DNA of 64,000 nucleotides from an uncultured Desulfatitalea sp. (GCA_963668675.2 CAXXMB010000002.1:2912001-2976000), one strand, 5' to 3'. Positions 29,944 through 39,658 are shown, numbered from the stretch's first letter. Notes: generated from the letters alone by a model not told the origin. Translations and numbers: made by a program.

Positions 29944-30768
29944 TTAAATATCCAAGCCGTTTTGCTTAGGAATCGGGATACCGACAATCTTTTTGATCTC
30001 TTTCTTCCACCTGATTAACGGATTGCCATTGTGACGATCATATATAGCCTTGATGACCGAATCAGTCTGTCCACGGCGAATTCGTCTAATCTCTTTCTTC
30101 AAATTATTGTCTGCATACTTCTCTAATCGTCCCAGGTGGTTCATCGTGCCTATCCATATCGAATGGGTCAAATAGGGAGACAAATCGCTTATAAGTGCGT
30201 CTATGTTGGCAGAATCCAGCATCGGTTCTACGCTTACAGATGTCCTGAATCCTTGATCGAAAGTATATTTCAGGGATGCCTTGCGTTCACTATAACTTGG
30301 CGCACCTGGTTCCCAATACGAAAGAATCCGATCATCACAAGCGCCTATGGTAAAACGGAACAGGATCTGATGTTTGTATGGCTCGAATTTTTTACAAATT
30401 TCCCGGATGCAATCGTAATGCGGCTTACTCACTATCAACACTTGATTGCCGACTTTGAGCAACTTTTCAAGAACTGTCATGCATTCTTTCAGGATATCCG
30501 GCGTGATATCATGTGTTGAGGGAAACATGATTTGACCATCGATCTTTTTGTAAGCCTTATCGACATCTTTTTGCCGTAATCGCTCGAGGGACCACTCTTC
30601 AGGTTTAAACCGCTTGTAACGATGAGTTGCATCCTCCTTGGCATAGCAGTATTTGCAATCATGAGAACAACCGTTACAGCAATTTACGCTCTTTACCGAC
30701 CATTCCTTAGTGCCGTGCGCCGCTTTAGATAGATCTTTCTTTTGCTGTTTAACATTTTTACTAATCAT
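29944..30768 (-). CDS. Radical SAM protein (SplB / DUF5131-like)
   Basis: GCSHDCKYCYA (CxxxCxxC), MFPSTHD, LIVSKP, SVSVEPML. Confidence 0.75.
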   Translation of the reverse strand: MISKNVKQQKKDLSKAAHGTKEWSVKSVNCCNGCSHDCKYCYAKEDATHRYKRFKPEEWSLERLRQKDVDKAYKKIDGQIMFPSTHDITPDILKECMTVLEKLLKVGNQVLIVSKPHYDCIREICKKFEPYKHQILFRFTIGACDDRILSYWEPGAPSYSERKASLKYTFDQGFRTSVSVEPMLDSANIDALISDLSPYLTHSIWIGTMNHLGRLEKYADNNLKKEIRRIRRGQTDSVIKAIYDRHNGNPLIRWKKEIKKIVGIPIPKQNGLDI

Positions 30769-30919
30769 AATTACTACCTCCTAAAAAAGTTTTATTTTAA
30801 AATTGAAAAGGTCAACCCCGTAGTGAGGATTGACCCCTTCGACTTAACCCACATGGGCTCAATTCCAAGTTTTAACAGTTTAATCAGTAACCGCTAAAAA
30901 TCGAAAAATGTTTAAATGT

Positions 30920-32422
30920 TTAAATTTTCTCAACCTCACCGGTTAGAGGATTAACCACCAGCACATCTTTGCCTTCATATATCGGGTCCTGGATTGTACT
31001 GGGAGCAGGTAGTTCAATGGCGTCGCTTAAAGACATAGTAGTAATGTAGTAGCCATATTGTTTGCGTTTCGGAGGCTTGGCACGCTCCAACACCCCTAAT
31101 TTCGTGAGAGCAACAAGATCATTGCTAACGCTTGATAAAGAAAAATCGAAATCGGAACTGTTTATAATCTCAAAAACTTTCTCGCGCGTAGCCCAATATC
31201 CATAATGCTGAGCAAGGGTAGACAGCCTTTCTACATCATCATCCCTTTTCAACATGGCTTCACTCATCTTGCCCATATTGATGGCCTTGACTGTTTTAAA
31301 GACCTTTTTTTCACGATCGGTAAAACGGTTTGAACCAGTAATGAGGATGCCATCCAATAGTAGTCGGGCCATTTGATATTCGACCTTCGATGCAATTATC
31401 GGCTCGTTAGGCGTCGGCGACACATCTTTTTCGAGACCCGTATCGCGCATCCAGCGACTGATCTCATCTTCATCCGTACCAAACATTATAGCGCCAAGTT
31501 CCGCCATTTTTACCTTGGGGGGATTACTGATGAGTGCACAGATGGAAATCAGGTTTTTAAGAATCGTCAATTTTTCAGCGGCATGATCACAACCACTTTC
31601 AATAATGGCGGTTGCCAGTTGATGTTCGTAGGGAATAACCACCGTCTTTGACTTTAGCCTCTGAAATGATTTTCGGATCTTAAATAATGGTGAATAAACC
31701 AACCCGTATCGTTCGAATACGTCAGTCATGCAGGGCAATATGATGCCCGGATTGGTGCCGACAGGAATTGTTAGCACTGAAGGGAGGCTTAAGCCTTTAC
31801 CTGGTTTGCCGCCATTAATGCCGAGCACTGATATGTGCATCTCCGATCGATGTTCGGACAGGTCAACTTTGTATTTTCCTTTTGCGACATCCTGCCGAAT
31901 TGTATGGCCACGGGTGAGAACCAATTCCAGGTCCCGAGAAACCTTGCTAAAACCATTTTCGGCTGGACTAATGATGCACCTGCCGTCAAGTCGTCTTCCA
32001 TGATCTATATAGAGGTATTCAGGCTTGAATTCCGGAAACTCTATCACCGCGTCTTCAGGAACGACTCTTCGGCAGTAGTCGAGTAGCTTGACGGCCTCGT
32101 GGGTGTTATCGGGGTCGAGCATTGCAGAGATGGGATACCCCAATCGCGCAGACAGCATGCACATAAAAATCAGATTCGCTGCCTGAATGTTCTCAGGGGT
32201 GACCCCGCTTGATAGCAGATGACCGACTGTTTTATACTGTATTGGCTGATAAGCGCCATCATCCCTGATGACCGGCCATTCGAAAAATCTATTGATTGGC
32301 TCAAGATCGTTCGGCCTTACCATATGATGATGTGTACTGTCCGTTAACGCTGTTGTTTCAGGTCGGGGTTGCTCGGAAATCAACCCGTCTTCATACTTCT
32401 CATTTTCGTTATTCTTAATCAT
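30920..32422 (-). CDS. Hypothetical protein resembling a primase-associated AAA+/MCM-like domain without Walker A
   Basis: LIFMCMLSARLGYPIS..., VVIPYE, IIASKVEY-type segments; no GK(S/T); start ATG 32422. Confidence 0.5.
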   Translation of the reverse strand: MIKNNENEKYEDGLISEQPRPETTALTDSTHHHMVRPNDLEPINRFFEWPVIRDDGAYQPIQYKTVGHLLSSGVTPENIQAANLIFMCMLSARLGYPISAMLDPDNTHEAVKLLDYCRRVVPEDAVIEFPEFKPEYLYIDHGRRLDGRCIISPAENGFSKVSRDLELVLTRGHTIRQDVAKGKYKVDLSEHRSEMHISVLGINGGKPGKGLSLPSVLTIPVGTNPGIILPCMTDVFERYGLVYSPLFKIRKSFQRLKSKTVVIPYEHQLATAIIESGCDHAAEKLTILKNLISICALISNPPKVKMAELGAIMFGTDEDEISRWMRDTGLEKDVSPTPNEPIIASKVEYQMARLLLDGILITGSNRFTDREKKVFKTVKAINMGKMSEAMLKRDDDVERLSTLAQHYGYWATREKVFEIINSSDFDFSLSSVSNDLVALTKLGVLERAKPPKRKQYGYYITTMSLSDAIELPAPSTIQDPIYEGKDVLVVNPLTGEVEKI

Positions 32423-32785
32423 TCTTTTTCCTTTCTTTAAACGCTGTAAACAAAAAGGGCCGACCCGAAAATCCGGATCGGCCACCAACAACTACATCGG
32501 CTTGTCTTTATGCCCCCATATGCATCACCTCCATTACAACGAAAATTACTTTTAAACGATTTATTCGTTTATGCAATTTTGTTGATACAATGCAGGATAG
32601 TTGCCGAGAACCATCTAACATTTCGTAATTATATCAAAATTCGTATATTTATCTGAGGGGCATACAAGATAATCGGGTACACTGTGCTTTCAATTTCATT
32701 TCCTGCACGGGGATATTTTCGGTGAAAATTGAAAAACGGGATTCAGCTGAAGTTTCACGAGTGGAGTTTCACGATTTGAGTGGTG

Positions 32786-34093
32786 TCAAATGGCCTCATC
32801 GTCTTTCTTCGAGTCTTTATCAGAATCTATATCCCGCTTTTCACTTTGCGATCTGTGTTCGTCATATCCGAAATAGCGCGCCCACTCCATTGATGAAGAA
32901 CTGCGCTTGTCCTTTTCAGGGATATAATTTTTGATGGCATCAGTTATTGATTCGAATTCATCACTAATTGACGGTGAGATTTGAGCAGAAAAGCGATAGG
33001 CTATTTTTTTCTTTTTATCGTTGATCATTTCATTGAGTTGCTTTTTTACATTATTCTTTAGTTGTCGTTCACTATTAATTTCATCTCTCAAATCCTCAAG
33101 GTGCTGCAAAATACACTCTAGTTTCTCTTCATAATCAAGTTTTGGCTCCGCCACTATTTCACGGTATATTTCTTCGAGAGCCTGCAAGGTGGATTCGATA
33201 TTCTCTTCGCAATTCGACTTTTTCAATTTATTAATCTCAAAATTAACCTTATCTAAACGTTCGATAACTGATTCAACCATTTTCTTGCTGTCAAGTTTTG
33301 GCTCCTTATTTAGTTCATTTTCAATTTGGTTTAGTTTTAACCATATCGGATCCAATACTTCTTCATAGGATTTATTTTTTTGTTTTGTAGTAATTTCATA
33401 TTTATTTTTTTCAAGTTGCCCAAGAATCAACTCGACATTTTCTCTACGGTAATCAGTCGCATTCTCAATTTTACCCAAGTAAAAACCAAACTCGCCTGGC
33501 CTCGGTGGTTTATTTCCAGTACTCTGAATCTCACCTTCAAGTAGATTTTTTAAATGCCGCATCTCACTTGAATCGTTTTTATCAACTCTTGCAAAATCGG
33601 CCGTTTGCTTCAGGCACTCATCGGCAAGCATTCCCTGTTTCAATAGCCTGTCAAAATGATCACGGATGCCCGCTTGTCTGATATTTTCGAGACGAAAACC
33701 CGAGTCCATGTTGTCCAAGCATTTAACTATGTGATTATTAAATGATTCAGAGGTGTATCGTAACCCTGACTTCTTCTGTGGAAAAAGTGGTCTTTTGGGA
33801 TAGAGTCTGTGGCCAGCCTTTTTTAAGTGATTCATGTGACTTTGAACAATGACCTTTGCCGGAGCTGAAATTGGAATCGGTGTTCCTTTAACTGACATGG
33901 TGTTGCGAGCAATACCAGACTTGGATACGTCGCCTATGTTTAATCCACGGACTTCATGATTCTTTAATGCGCACTTGTGGCAAATTTCCGCCATATTGGC
34001 CAATACTTCACCATCGATATTTGGAGTCCGTATCTGTCTAATTTTCTGAATGGCTTGATGAATTTCAGGAGTTGTTAAACGGGGCTGGGCCAT
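32786..34093 (-). CDS. Degenerate tyrosine-recombinase-like domain fused to ~26-aa helical repeats
   Basis: CALKNHEVRGLNIGDV, PLFP, LENIRQAG; five repeats including EPKLD twice; AAGGAGG SD. Confidence 0.6.
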   Translation of the reverse strand: MAQPRLTTPEIHQAIQKIRQIRTPNIDGEVLANMAEICHKCALKNHEVRGLNIGDVSKSGIARNTMSVKGTPIPISAPAKVIVQSHMNHLKKAGHRLYPKRPLFPQKKSGLRYTSESFNNHIVKCLDNMDSGFRLENIRQAGIRDHFDRLLKQGMLADECLKQTADFARVDKNDSSEMRHLKNLLEGEIQSTGNKPPRPGEFGFYLGKIENATDYRRENVELILGQLEKNKYEITTKQKNKSYEEVLDPIWLKLNQIENELNKEPKLDSKKMVESVIERLDKVNFEINKLKKSNCEENIESTLQALEEIYREIVAEPKLDYEEKLECILQHLEDLRDEINSERQLKNNVKKQLNEMINDKKKKIAYRFSAQISPSISDEFESITDAIKNYIPEKDKRSSSSMEWARYFGYDEHRSQSEKRDIDSDKDSKKDDEAI

Positions 34094-34369
34094 GTGTCCT
34101 CCTTGAGTTTATATGCCTGAAGAGGCCATTTTCCTAAATTCTGCAGGCAAGCAGCAACATATAGCTTCTATAAAAAAGACCCTTTCCATATCAGCTTACC
34201 CTTTTTTGTGACGATTGTCAGTGTCGTTGACAGAAATTTTTGCTTAACAACCCAATATCACATCACATTTTTCACTTATTTCAAAAAACCTGCAAACACC
34301 GAACATAATCATACAAGTACAAGACTCGGAAAATTGTTTCCGATGATCTCAATCGATGATGCCTGTGGG

Positions 34370-34397
34370 ACTGCTGACTCTGCTGACACTGCAGACA
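34370..34397. repeat. Three 9-bp tandem repeats in the divergent promoter region
   Basis: ACTGCTGAC TCTGCTGAC ACTGCAGAC. Confidence 0.6.
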
Positions 34398-34439
34398 CAC
34401 TCCCCAAGCATCCGAAATCAAACAGAAAGGATTTAAATA

Positions 34440-36299
34440 ATGGAAGAAGATTTGGTTGAAATTCTCAAAGGGTATGAAAACACAGAAGGTTGTAGTAGAA
34501 GCCCCATCCCGTACCCAACCGGGGCTGATTACACACAGCCGATGGAGGCGACAGCTGCAAACGATGCGGATGCAGTCGAGACTGAAATTCATGAACCATC
34601 CAAGGATTTGATTTATGAAATCCGAGAGGGCCACCTATTTAAAGTGGCAGGGGGCAAAGACATTCGGGTTGCCAATTTTTACCTTACTATCGCTGCCCAG
34701 TATATTCGAATGGATGAGGGCACTGTCACAGGCCGCGATTTTAAAATCGATGTGCATTTAAATAACGAAATTGTCGAGTTGATGATTCCTGTAGAGGAAT
34801 TTTGCAGCAACCGATTGGCAAATCAAATCATCGCACAGGCCGGATCAAGGGCCATCATCTATGGGAATCAAAATGATTTGAGAATTGCTGCCCAAGAGAT
34901 GTCCACACCACCGACGAAGACCATCACTTCAAGCATGGGATTTGACAGACACGAAGCGTATTTAGCCCCTGGTATGGTGATCTCAAAAACAGGTATTGAC
35001 CAAATGCCGGAGATCGAAGTTGATCTGAGTGAGGGCAATTTTTCCCGTCACATTGGTTTTTTGTCGCCTGACCAGGATCGGATCAAGGATTTGGTCGACC
35101 ATATTCTTGCTGATTTTATGCAGCTTAAGAATCACCAGGTCGTCTATCCGTTGATCGGTCATATCGTTGGGGCTGCCTTTGCATCACAGATTGGTGAAAT
35201 TGGCAGACAAAAGCCGTTTATGCATCTTCAAGGGACCTCGGGCTGTGGAAAAACATTTCTGGGCAACCTTGCCACATCCTTTTATGGTGCCTTCAATGAT
35301 AGGCCCATCCCCTGGACCTCCACTGCGAATTCGATTGAATATGAGGGGTATTTTTTCCGTGACGCGCTGCTCTTTATCGACGATTTGAAAACATCGATAG
35401 TTGATCCGAAAAAGGTCATCCGAATCATTCAGAACAGTGCCAACTCTCAGGGACGCAGCCGCCTGACAGCCGGTGGCGATCTAAAGTTGACGCCGATGCG
35501 AGGCGTGAGAGGCTTGATCCTATCGACAGGCGAGGATTTCATAAACGATGTTGAATCGGTCACCGGCCGCACCATACTTATCAACGTTGAGCCGGACCAG
35601 AATCAGCAATCTGGTATCAAGTGCTGGGCTCGTCGGCGTGAATACCGAATGTTAATGCCAGCCTTGCTACAGTGGCTTTTGGCTCAGGATGATTGGACTG
35701 AGCAATTTGAGAATTGCGTGAATGAAGAGACGACAAGAATTTGTGCCACCATCGCTGATTTTTCCAACGGATTTCGAGTGGCCAGCAACTGGGCCTTAAA
35801 TGCCTGGGGCTTTATGCTTTTTATTAGATATGCTGAGCATTTACAAATTGTCGATGAGGGCTACGCAGATGAAATAATTGATGAATATAGACAGATAATA
35901 GAAGACCATATCGCCGCACATGCAAATCGCATCAGAGTTCAAAGTCCGGTCGAGGTTTTTTACCAAATTCTCAGTCAGAGATTTGCCACCGGCTCTATTA
36001 TGGTACAAGGGTTATCGGATCAAAACAGTGGTCGCCTGATTGGCAAGGTCCGTGAAAACCAAATTATTTGTCTGTTTCCTGATCCAACCCTCGAAGTCCT
36101 GCATCGGCACTTTCGGGCTTCTGGTAGAAAAATGTCCTTTAGCAAAGAAACCTTACGGGACGCCTTGGACAGGGAAAATCTGATAATACGGTCAGGCCCA
36201 GGTCGCATAACCCATCAAATCAGAATGGGTGCCAGCCGGCTGCAGGCATGGCAGTTCGATATCAATGAATTTAAAGCACGCTGCGGTATGATGGATTAA
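34440..36299 (+). CDS. DUF927/Cch-like replicative helicase-type ATPase
   Basis: RVANF N-terminal motif, QGTSGCGKT, LLFIDD, GRSRL, ILSTGED. Confidence 0.75.
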   Translation: MEEDLVEILKGYENTEGCSRSPIPYPTGADYTQPMEATAANDADAVETEIHEPSKDLIYEIREGHLFKVAGGKDIRVANFYLTIAAQYIRMDEGTVTGRDFKIDVHLNNEIVELMIPVEEFCSNRLANQIIAQAGSRAIIYGNQNDLRIAAQEMSTPPTKTITSSMGFDRHEAYLAPGMVISKTGIDQMPEIEVDLSEGNFSRHIGFLSPDQDRIKDLVDHILADFMQLKNHQVVYPLIGHIVGAAFASQIGEIGRQKPFMHLQGTSGCGKTFLGNLATSFYGAFNDRPIPWTSTANSIEYEGYFFRDALLFIDDLKTSIVDPKKVIRIIQNSANSQGRSRLTAGGDLKLTPMRGVRGLILSTGEDFINDVESVTGRTILINVEPDQNQQSGIKCWARRREYRMLMPALLQWLLAQDDWTEQFENCVNEETTRICATIADFSNGFRVASNWALNAWGFMLFIRYAEHLQIVDEGYADEIIDEYRQIIEDHIAAHANRIRVQSPVEVFYQILSQRFATGSIMVQGLSDQNSGRLIGKVRENQIICLFPDPTLEVLHRHFRASGRKMSFSKETLRDALDRENLIIRSGPGRITHQIRMGASRLQAWQFDINEFKARCGMMD

Positions 36300-36323
36300 T
36301 CCATACCGGCACTTAACCACTGC

Positions 36324-36397
36324 AACAACTAAAAACAAGCAGGGTCCAACCCCGATGATGTTACGGCCGCCGCCAAAGTGTAGCGGCCACACCACCC
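36324..36397. repeat. ~70-bp diverged direct repeat, copy 1
   Basis: AACAACTA...AGGGTCCAA...ATGTTACGGCCGCCGCCA(A)AGTG...GGCCAC.CCACC; exact 18-bp core at 36358-36375. Confidence 0.85.
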
Positions 36398-36573
36398 AGT
36401 TTCTTGGGCTATTTGACCCCTGACAATTTTCGCCACCATCAAATAGGGCCATGCTGTTCTGTCAAACACTGAAACTCCTCGCGCTGGCAGACAAATGTCC
36501 CCCCGAGGCGGCGTTGAATTGTAGCGCTACCAAGTTTATGGGCGCCTAATCTTTGAAAGGAGGACTAAATGAA

Positions 36574-36852
36574 ATGATAGCTTTTGAATTTGGACAACTG
36601 ATCATACGTACGGCACTGCAAGAGCTTGGGCTGTATTATGATGAAAAAATGCATTGTGAAGAAGATGGTATGGAATACTTCGTCGACAGTGTTGGTGCAT
36701 CGATGTATTTGCCCAAAGGTGATGACCATCCGGTTTTCATCGGCTTTTCCGAAGAAACACAGCCTGGTATGGCCGCTGAGTTTGCTATGCGGTTTAGCAG
36801 GATACTCGAAAAGTCAGGCATCAAAGTGGTGGCTGAACTGCATTTGCCATGA
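36574..36852 (+). CDS. Hypothetical acidic protein (92 aa) between the direct repeats
   Basis: AAGGAGG SD; ORF in track. Confidence 0.6.
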   Translation: MIAFEFGQLIIRTALQELGLYYDEKMHCEEDGMEYFVDSVGASMYLPKGDDHPVFIGFSEETQPGMAAEFAMRFSRILEKSGIKVVAELHLP

Positions 36853-37006
36853 TGATACACCGGCATTGATTGAGCTGATCGAACTTTAAAATGGGAAATG
36901 AGGGGCCCAACCAGTTGCATCAAGCCTCTGTGGCAAGGCATGATAGACATTGAACACCTTGCCCAGTGAACATGTTACCCCCTCAAAAAAAAAAGAAGCT
37001 GAAATT

Positions 37007-37074
37007 AACAACTACAAAGGGTCCAAACTCAAATCATGTTACGGCCGCCGCCACAGTGCACAGGCCACCCCACC
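37007..37074. repeat. ~70-bp diverged direct repeat, copy 2
   Basis: Exact core ATGTTACGGCCGCCGCCA at 37036-37053 plus matching flanks. Confidence 0.85.
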
Positions 37075-37239
37075 TAAGTTACCGCAGCAAACAACAATAT
37101 AGTTACAGGTCATAACTGACCGTTTTTAAAAGATGTTACCTCTGGACCCGGAAACGGGGTAACAGTGGTAAACAAGGCAAAAGTTGACAGTGGGCAGCAG
37201 TCCGCTAAAATGTCCCCATACAATAGATGGGGAGGATGT

Positions 37240-38445
37240 ATGAAAGGCAGAATTTATACGGAGGAAAGATGCCCGATATGTGATGGTCGCTTTTATCACG
37301 ACGAGAGGCGAGGCGGCTTATTCTGTAAGCAACACCCTGAGATTGCCGCAAGAAAAAAATTCATAATTCGCTTTGGACGATCCTTAACAAAGAGATGTAG
37401 TAGTTATGAAGAAGCTGAGCGATTCTTAACTGGATTGCGTTTCGAAAATGACAAGGGGACCTTTGATATACGCGACTATCGCAAAGAAAATCCGCTTGGA
37501 TTCGAAAATCTGGCGAATAAGTGGTTGGATCAGAAAAAGCGCACGAATGTGAAGGCCAAAACTATTCAATCTTACACCAATTTTATGGACAAGGCCATTG
37601 AGGCATGGGGGCAACGCAACATCAAGACAATAGGAACTGGCGAAGTCGAGGATTTTTTGTTGGCCGACCACATCAATCCAAGGACGAAGAGGCCAATTTC
37701 CGATAAAACGCGACACAATATGAAGTCTTGCTTGCATCAGTTTTTCAGTTGGGCATGCAGGCGGGAAAAAACATTAGTTCAACCCGAATTTCCAGAAATA
37801 ACTTTCGAGCTTGGGTGGCGTAACATTGTTACCATAGAAAAACAACAGGCTATAATTGAGGAGGTTAAGCGGATTTCATACGATATCGAACCGAAAGTGT
37901 GGTTGGGTATCAAGTTGCTGGCGACGTATATAAAAATTCGACCTGGTGAAATGCGCAATGTCAGGGAGCGTGACATTAATCTTGAATCGGGATTCATTCA
38001 CATACCACATCCAAAAGAGGGGTCTAAGAAACAGGGTAAATTCGCCTTTCTCGATGAGGAAGACATAGCGCTGATTAAGAGCTGCCCCAGGTCGATTGAC
38101 CCCAATTTGTTTTTCTTTCGGCATGAGGTTAAAAGATCCGGCGTTAAAGCAGGTGAGCAGTTCGGTCCTAAATATTTTAAAAAATGGTGGGATAAAGCTT
38201 GCGAAAACCTCGGTATAAAAGGCGTTGATCTTTATGGCGGGACGAAGCATTCGACGGCTACTGCATTGGGCGCTTCATTAACACCGGAACAGATCAAAAG
38301 AGGTGGGACGGGATCTGCAACCAACAAGGCATTTGAGCGATATTTTCAGCCCCGGCGAGCTGAATCCGAAATCGTTGTCTCTGAAATTAAGCAGTTGCAG
38401 AGGAAGCAACCGGCAAAAGTTGTCAGGCTGGCTGATAAAAAATAG
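37240..38445 (+). CDS. Tyrosine recombinase / integrase
   Basis: Core-binding region (KTIQSYTNFM), IRPGEMR, HPKEG, LYGGTKHS, AFERY; next to the tmRNA 3' end; GGAGG SD. Confidence 0.85.
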   Translation: MKGRIYTEERCPICDGRFYHDERRGGLFCKQHPEIAARKKFIIRFGRSLTKRCSSYEEAERFLTGLRFENDKGTFDIRDYRKENPLGFENLANKWLDQKKRTNVKAKTIQSYTNFMDKAIEAWGQRNIKTIGTGEVEDFLLADHINPRTKRPISDKTRHNMKSCLHQFFSWACRREKTLVQPEFPEITFELGWRNIVTIEKQQAIIEEVKRISYDIEPKVWLGIKLLATYIKIRPGEMRNVRERDINLESGFIHIPHPKEGSKKQGKFAFLDEEDIALIKSCPRSIDPNLFFFRHEVKRSGVKAGEQFGPKYFKKWWDKACENLGIKGVDLYGGTKHSTATALGASLTPEQIKRGGTGSATNKAFERYFQPRRAESEIVVSEIKQLQRKQPAKVVRLADKK

Positions 38446-38524
38446 TTGTACAGCCTGAACAACACGTGTACAACATTTCAAGACCGCGAATATTGTATAA
38501 CTTGTTGAAATTTAATAGTATTAA

Positions 38525-38878
38525 TGGTGGAGGCGGCGGGAGTCGAACCCGCGTCCGAGAACATTCCACACTGGCGTCTACATACTTGTCCTGATGTTTA
38601 ATTTCACGAACCGAGGCTCCATCAGGCAATAGGCAGGGTTCGCTATCCTGTAAAAAGTTCATTCAGGCCGTAACAGGCATCCGGCATGAACTATCCTACT
38701 TAGTCGACGCCCTTACCAAATCCGCAGGAGAGAAAGGGCAGGACGGAAGCTGCCTAAGCAGCTACGGCGTAGTTATAATCGTCTGCGATTATATTTATTT
38801 CCCATCGAGTTTACGAGCCGATGAGCACTCGGTATGCAACCAGCACTTCTTTGCCCCCGTCGAAGCCGTTTCGCCCCC
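38525..38878 (-). ncRNA. ssrA: tmRNA
   Basis: 5' GGGGGCGAAACGGCTTCGACG; 3' GGTTCGACTCCCGCCGCCTCCACCA; tag reading frame ADDYNYAVAA*; adjacent smpB. Confidence 0.96.
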
Positions 38879-39035
38879 ATTGGGTTGGTTGAACGGCGGG
38901 GTATGCTGACTTATGTCAGAGAACGATTGAACACCCGAAAATAATGGAGTTCTGGGCGTTTGTCAATGCGCGAATCGCTGTCTTGCAGCGAATAATGTGT
39001 GTTGCTGAATGGTTCAGGTGGGTTATGAAATTTAT

Positions 39036-39177
39036 TAATCTGGCAATCAAATACACATAGAATTGTCATGCCGGCGAAAGCCTGAAGCCAGGCTTTCCCT
39101 GGATCCCGAATCATAAAAGCTTGCCCCCGGTCCGCGATCCGGGATGACTTTGGTTGGCCTATTTTATTGCCGGTTTA
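39036..39177. repeat. MITE/REP-like palindromic element
   Basis: 18-bp imperfect terminal IR TAATCTGGCAATCAAATA / TATTTTATTGCCGGTTTA enclosing GTCATGCCGGCGAAAGC...GGATCC...CGGGATGAC. Confidence 0.55.
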
Positions 39178-39193
39178 CGAATTGAATTAGCAG

Positions 39194-39655
39194 CTATTTA
39201 TACTCTTTGCGCTGTCGATCGAGGTCGCGTTGTTCGTCGCGGCGGCGGATGGTTTCGCGTTTGTCGTAGTGGCGCTTGCCTTTGGCCAGGGCGAGTTCAA
39301 GTTTGACCTTGCCTTCGCGAAAATAGAGGCGCAGGGGGACCAGGGTGTAGCCGCGCTCGTTCATTTTACCGTAGAGCTGTTTGATTTCGTAGTGGTGCAT
39401 AAGCAGTTTGCGCACGCGCAGCGGATCGTGGTTGTTGTAGTAGGCGAAGGGGTAGGGGCTGATGTGCAGTTGATGGACGTAGAGTTCCCCGTTTTTGATG
39501 CGGGCGTAGGAGTCCTTGAGGTTGGCGCGGCCCTGCCGGAGTGATTTGACTTCGGTGCCTTTGAGCACCATACCGGCTTCGAAGCGGTCTTCGATAAAGT
39601 ACTCGTGGCGCGCCTTGCGGTTTTCAGCGATGATTTTAATGTGATCCTTTGCCAC
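39194..39655 (-). CDS. smpB: SsrA-binding protein
   Basis: NRKARHEY, EAGMVLKGTEVKSLR, RKLLMH, KGKRHYDKRETI. Confidence 0.97.
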   Translation of the reverse strand: MAKDHIKIIAENRKARHEYFIEDRFEAGMVLKGTEVKSLRQGRANLKDSYARIKNGELYVHQLHISPYPFAYYNNHDPLRVRKLLMHHYEIKQLYGKMNERGYTLVPLRLYFREGKVKLELALAKGKRHYDKRETIRRRDEQRDLDRQRKEYK

Positions 39656-39658
39656 GGG

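Larger units (their letters stand above)
2125..38524. mobile_element. Integrative element / genomic island at the tmRNA 3' end (left boundary uncertain, minimum extent given)
   Basis: Tyrosine integrase ends ~80 bp from the ssrA 3' end; replication, recombination and defence cargo; visibly lower GC than the smpB-thiC region; no duplicated tmRNA 3' end found in the window. Confidence 0.8.

Noticed and set aside
38525..38560. tRNA gene
   Set aside because: The T-arm and acceptor stem belong to the tRNA-like domain of tmRNA
38423..38662. 79-aa ORF
   Set aside because: Lies over the tmRNA 3' half and the att region
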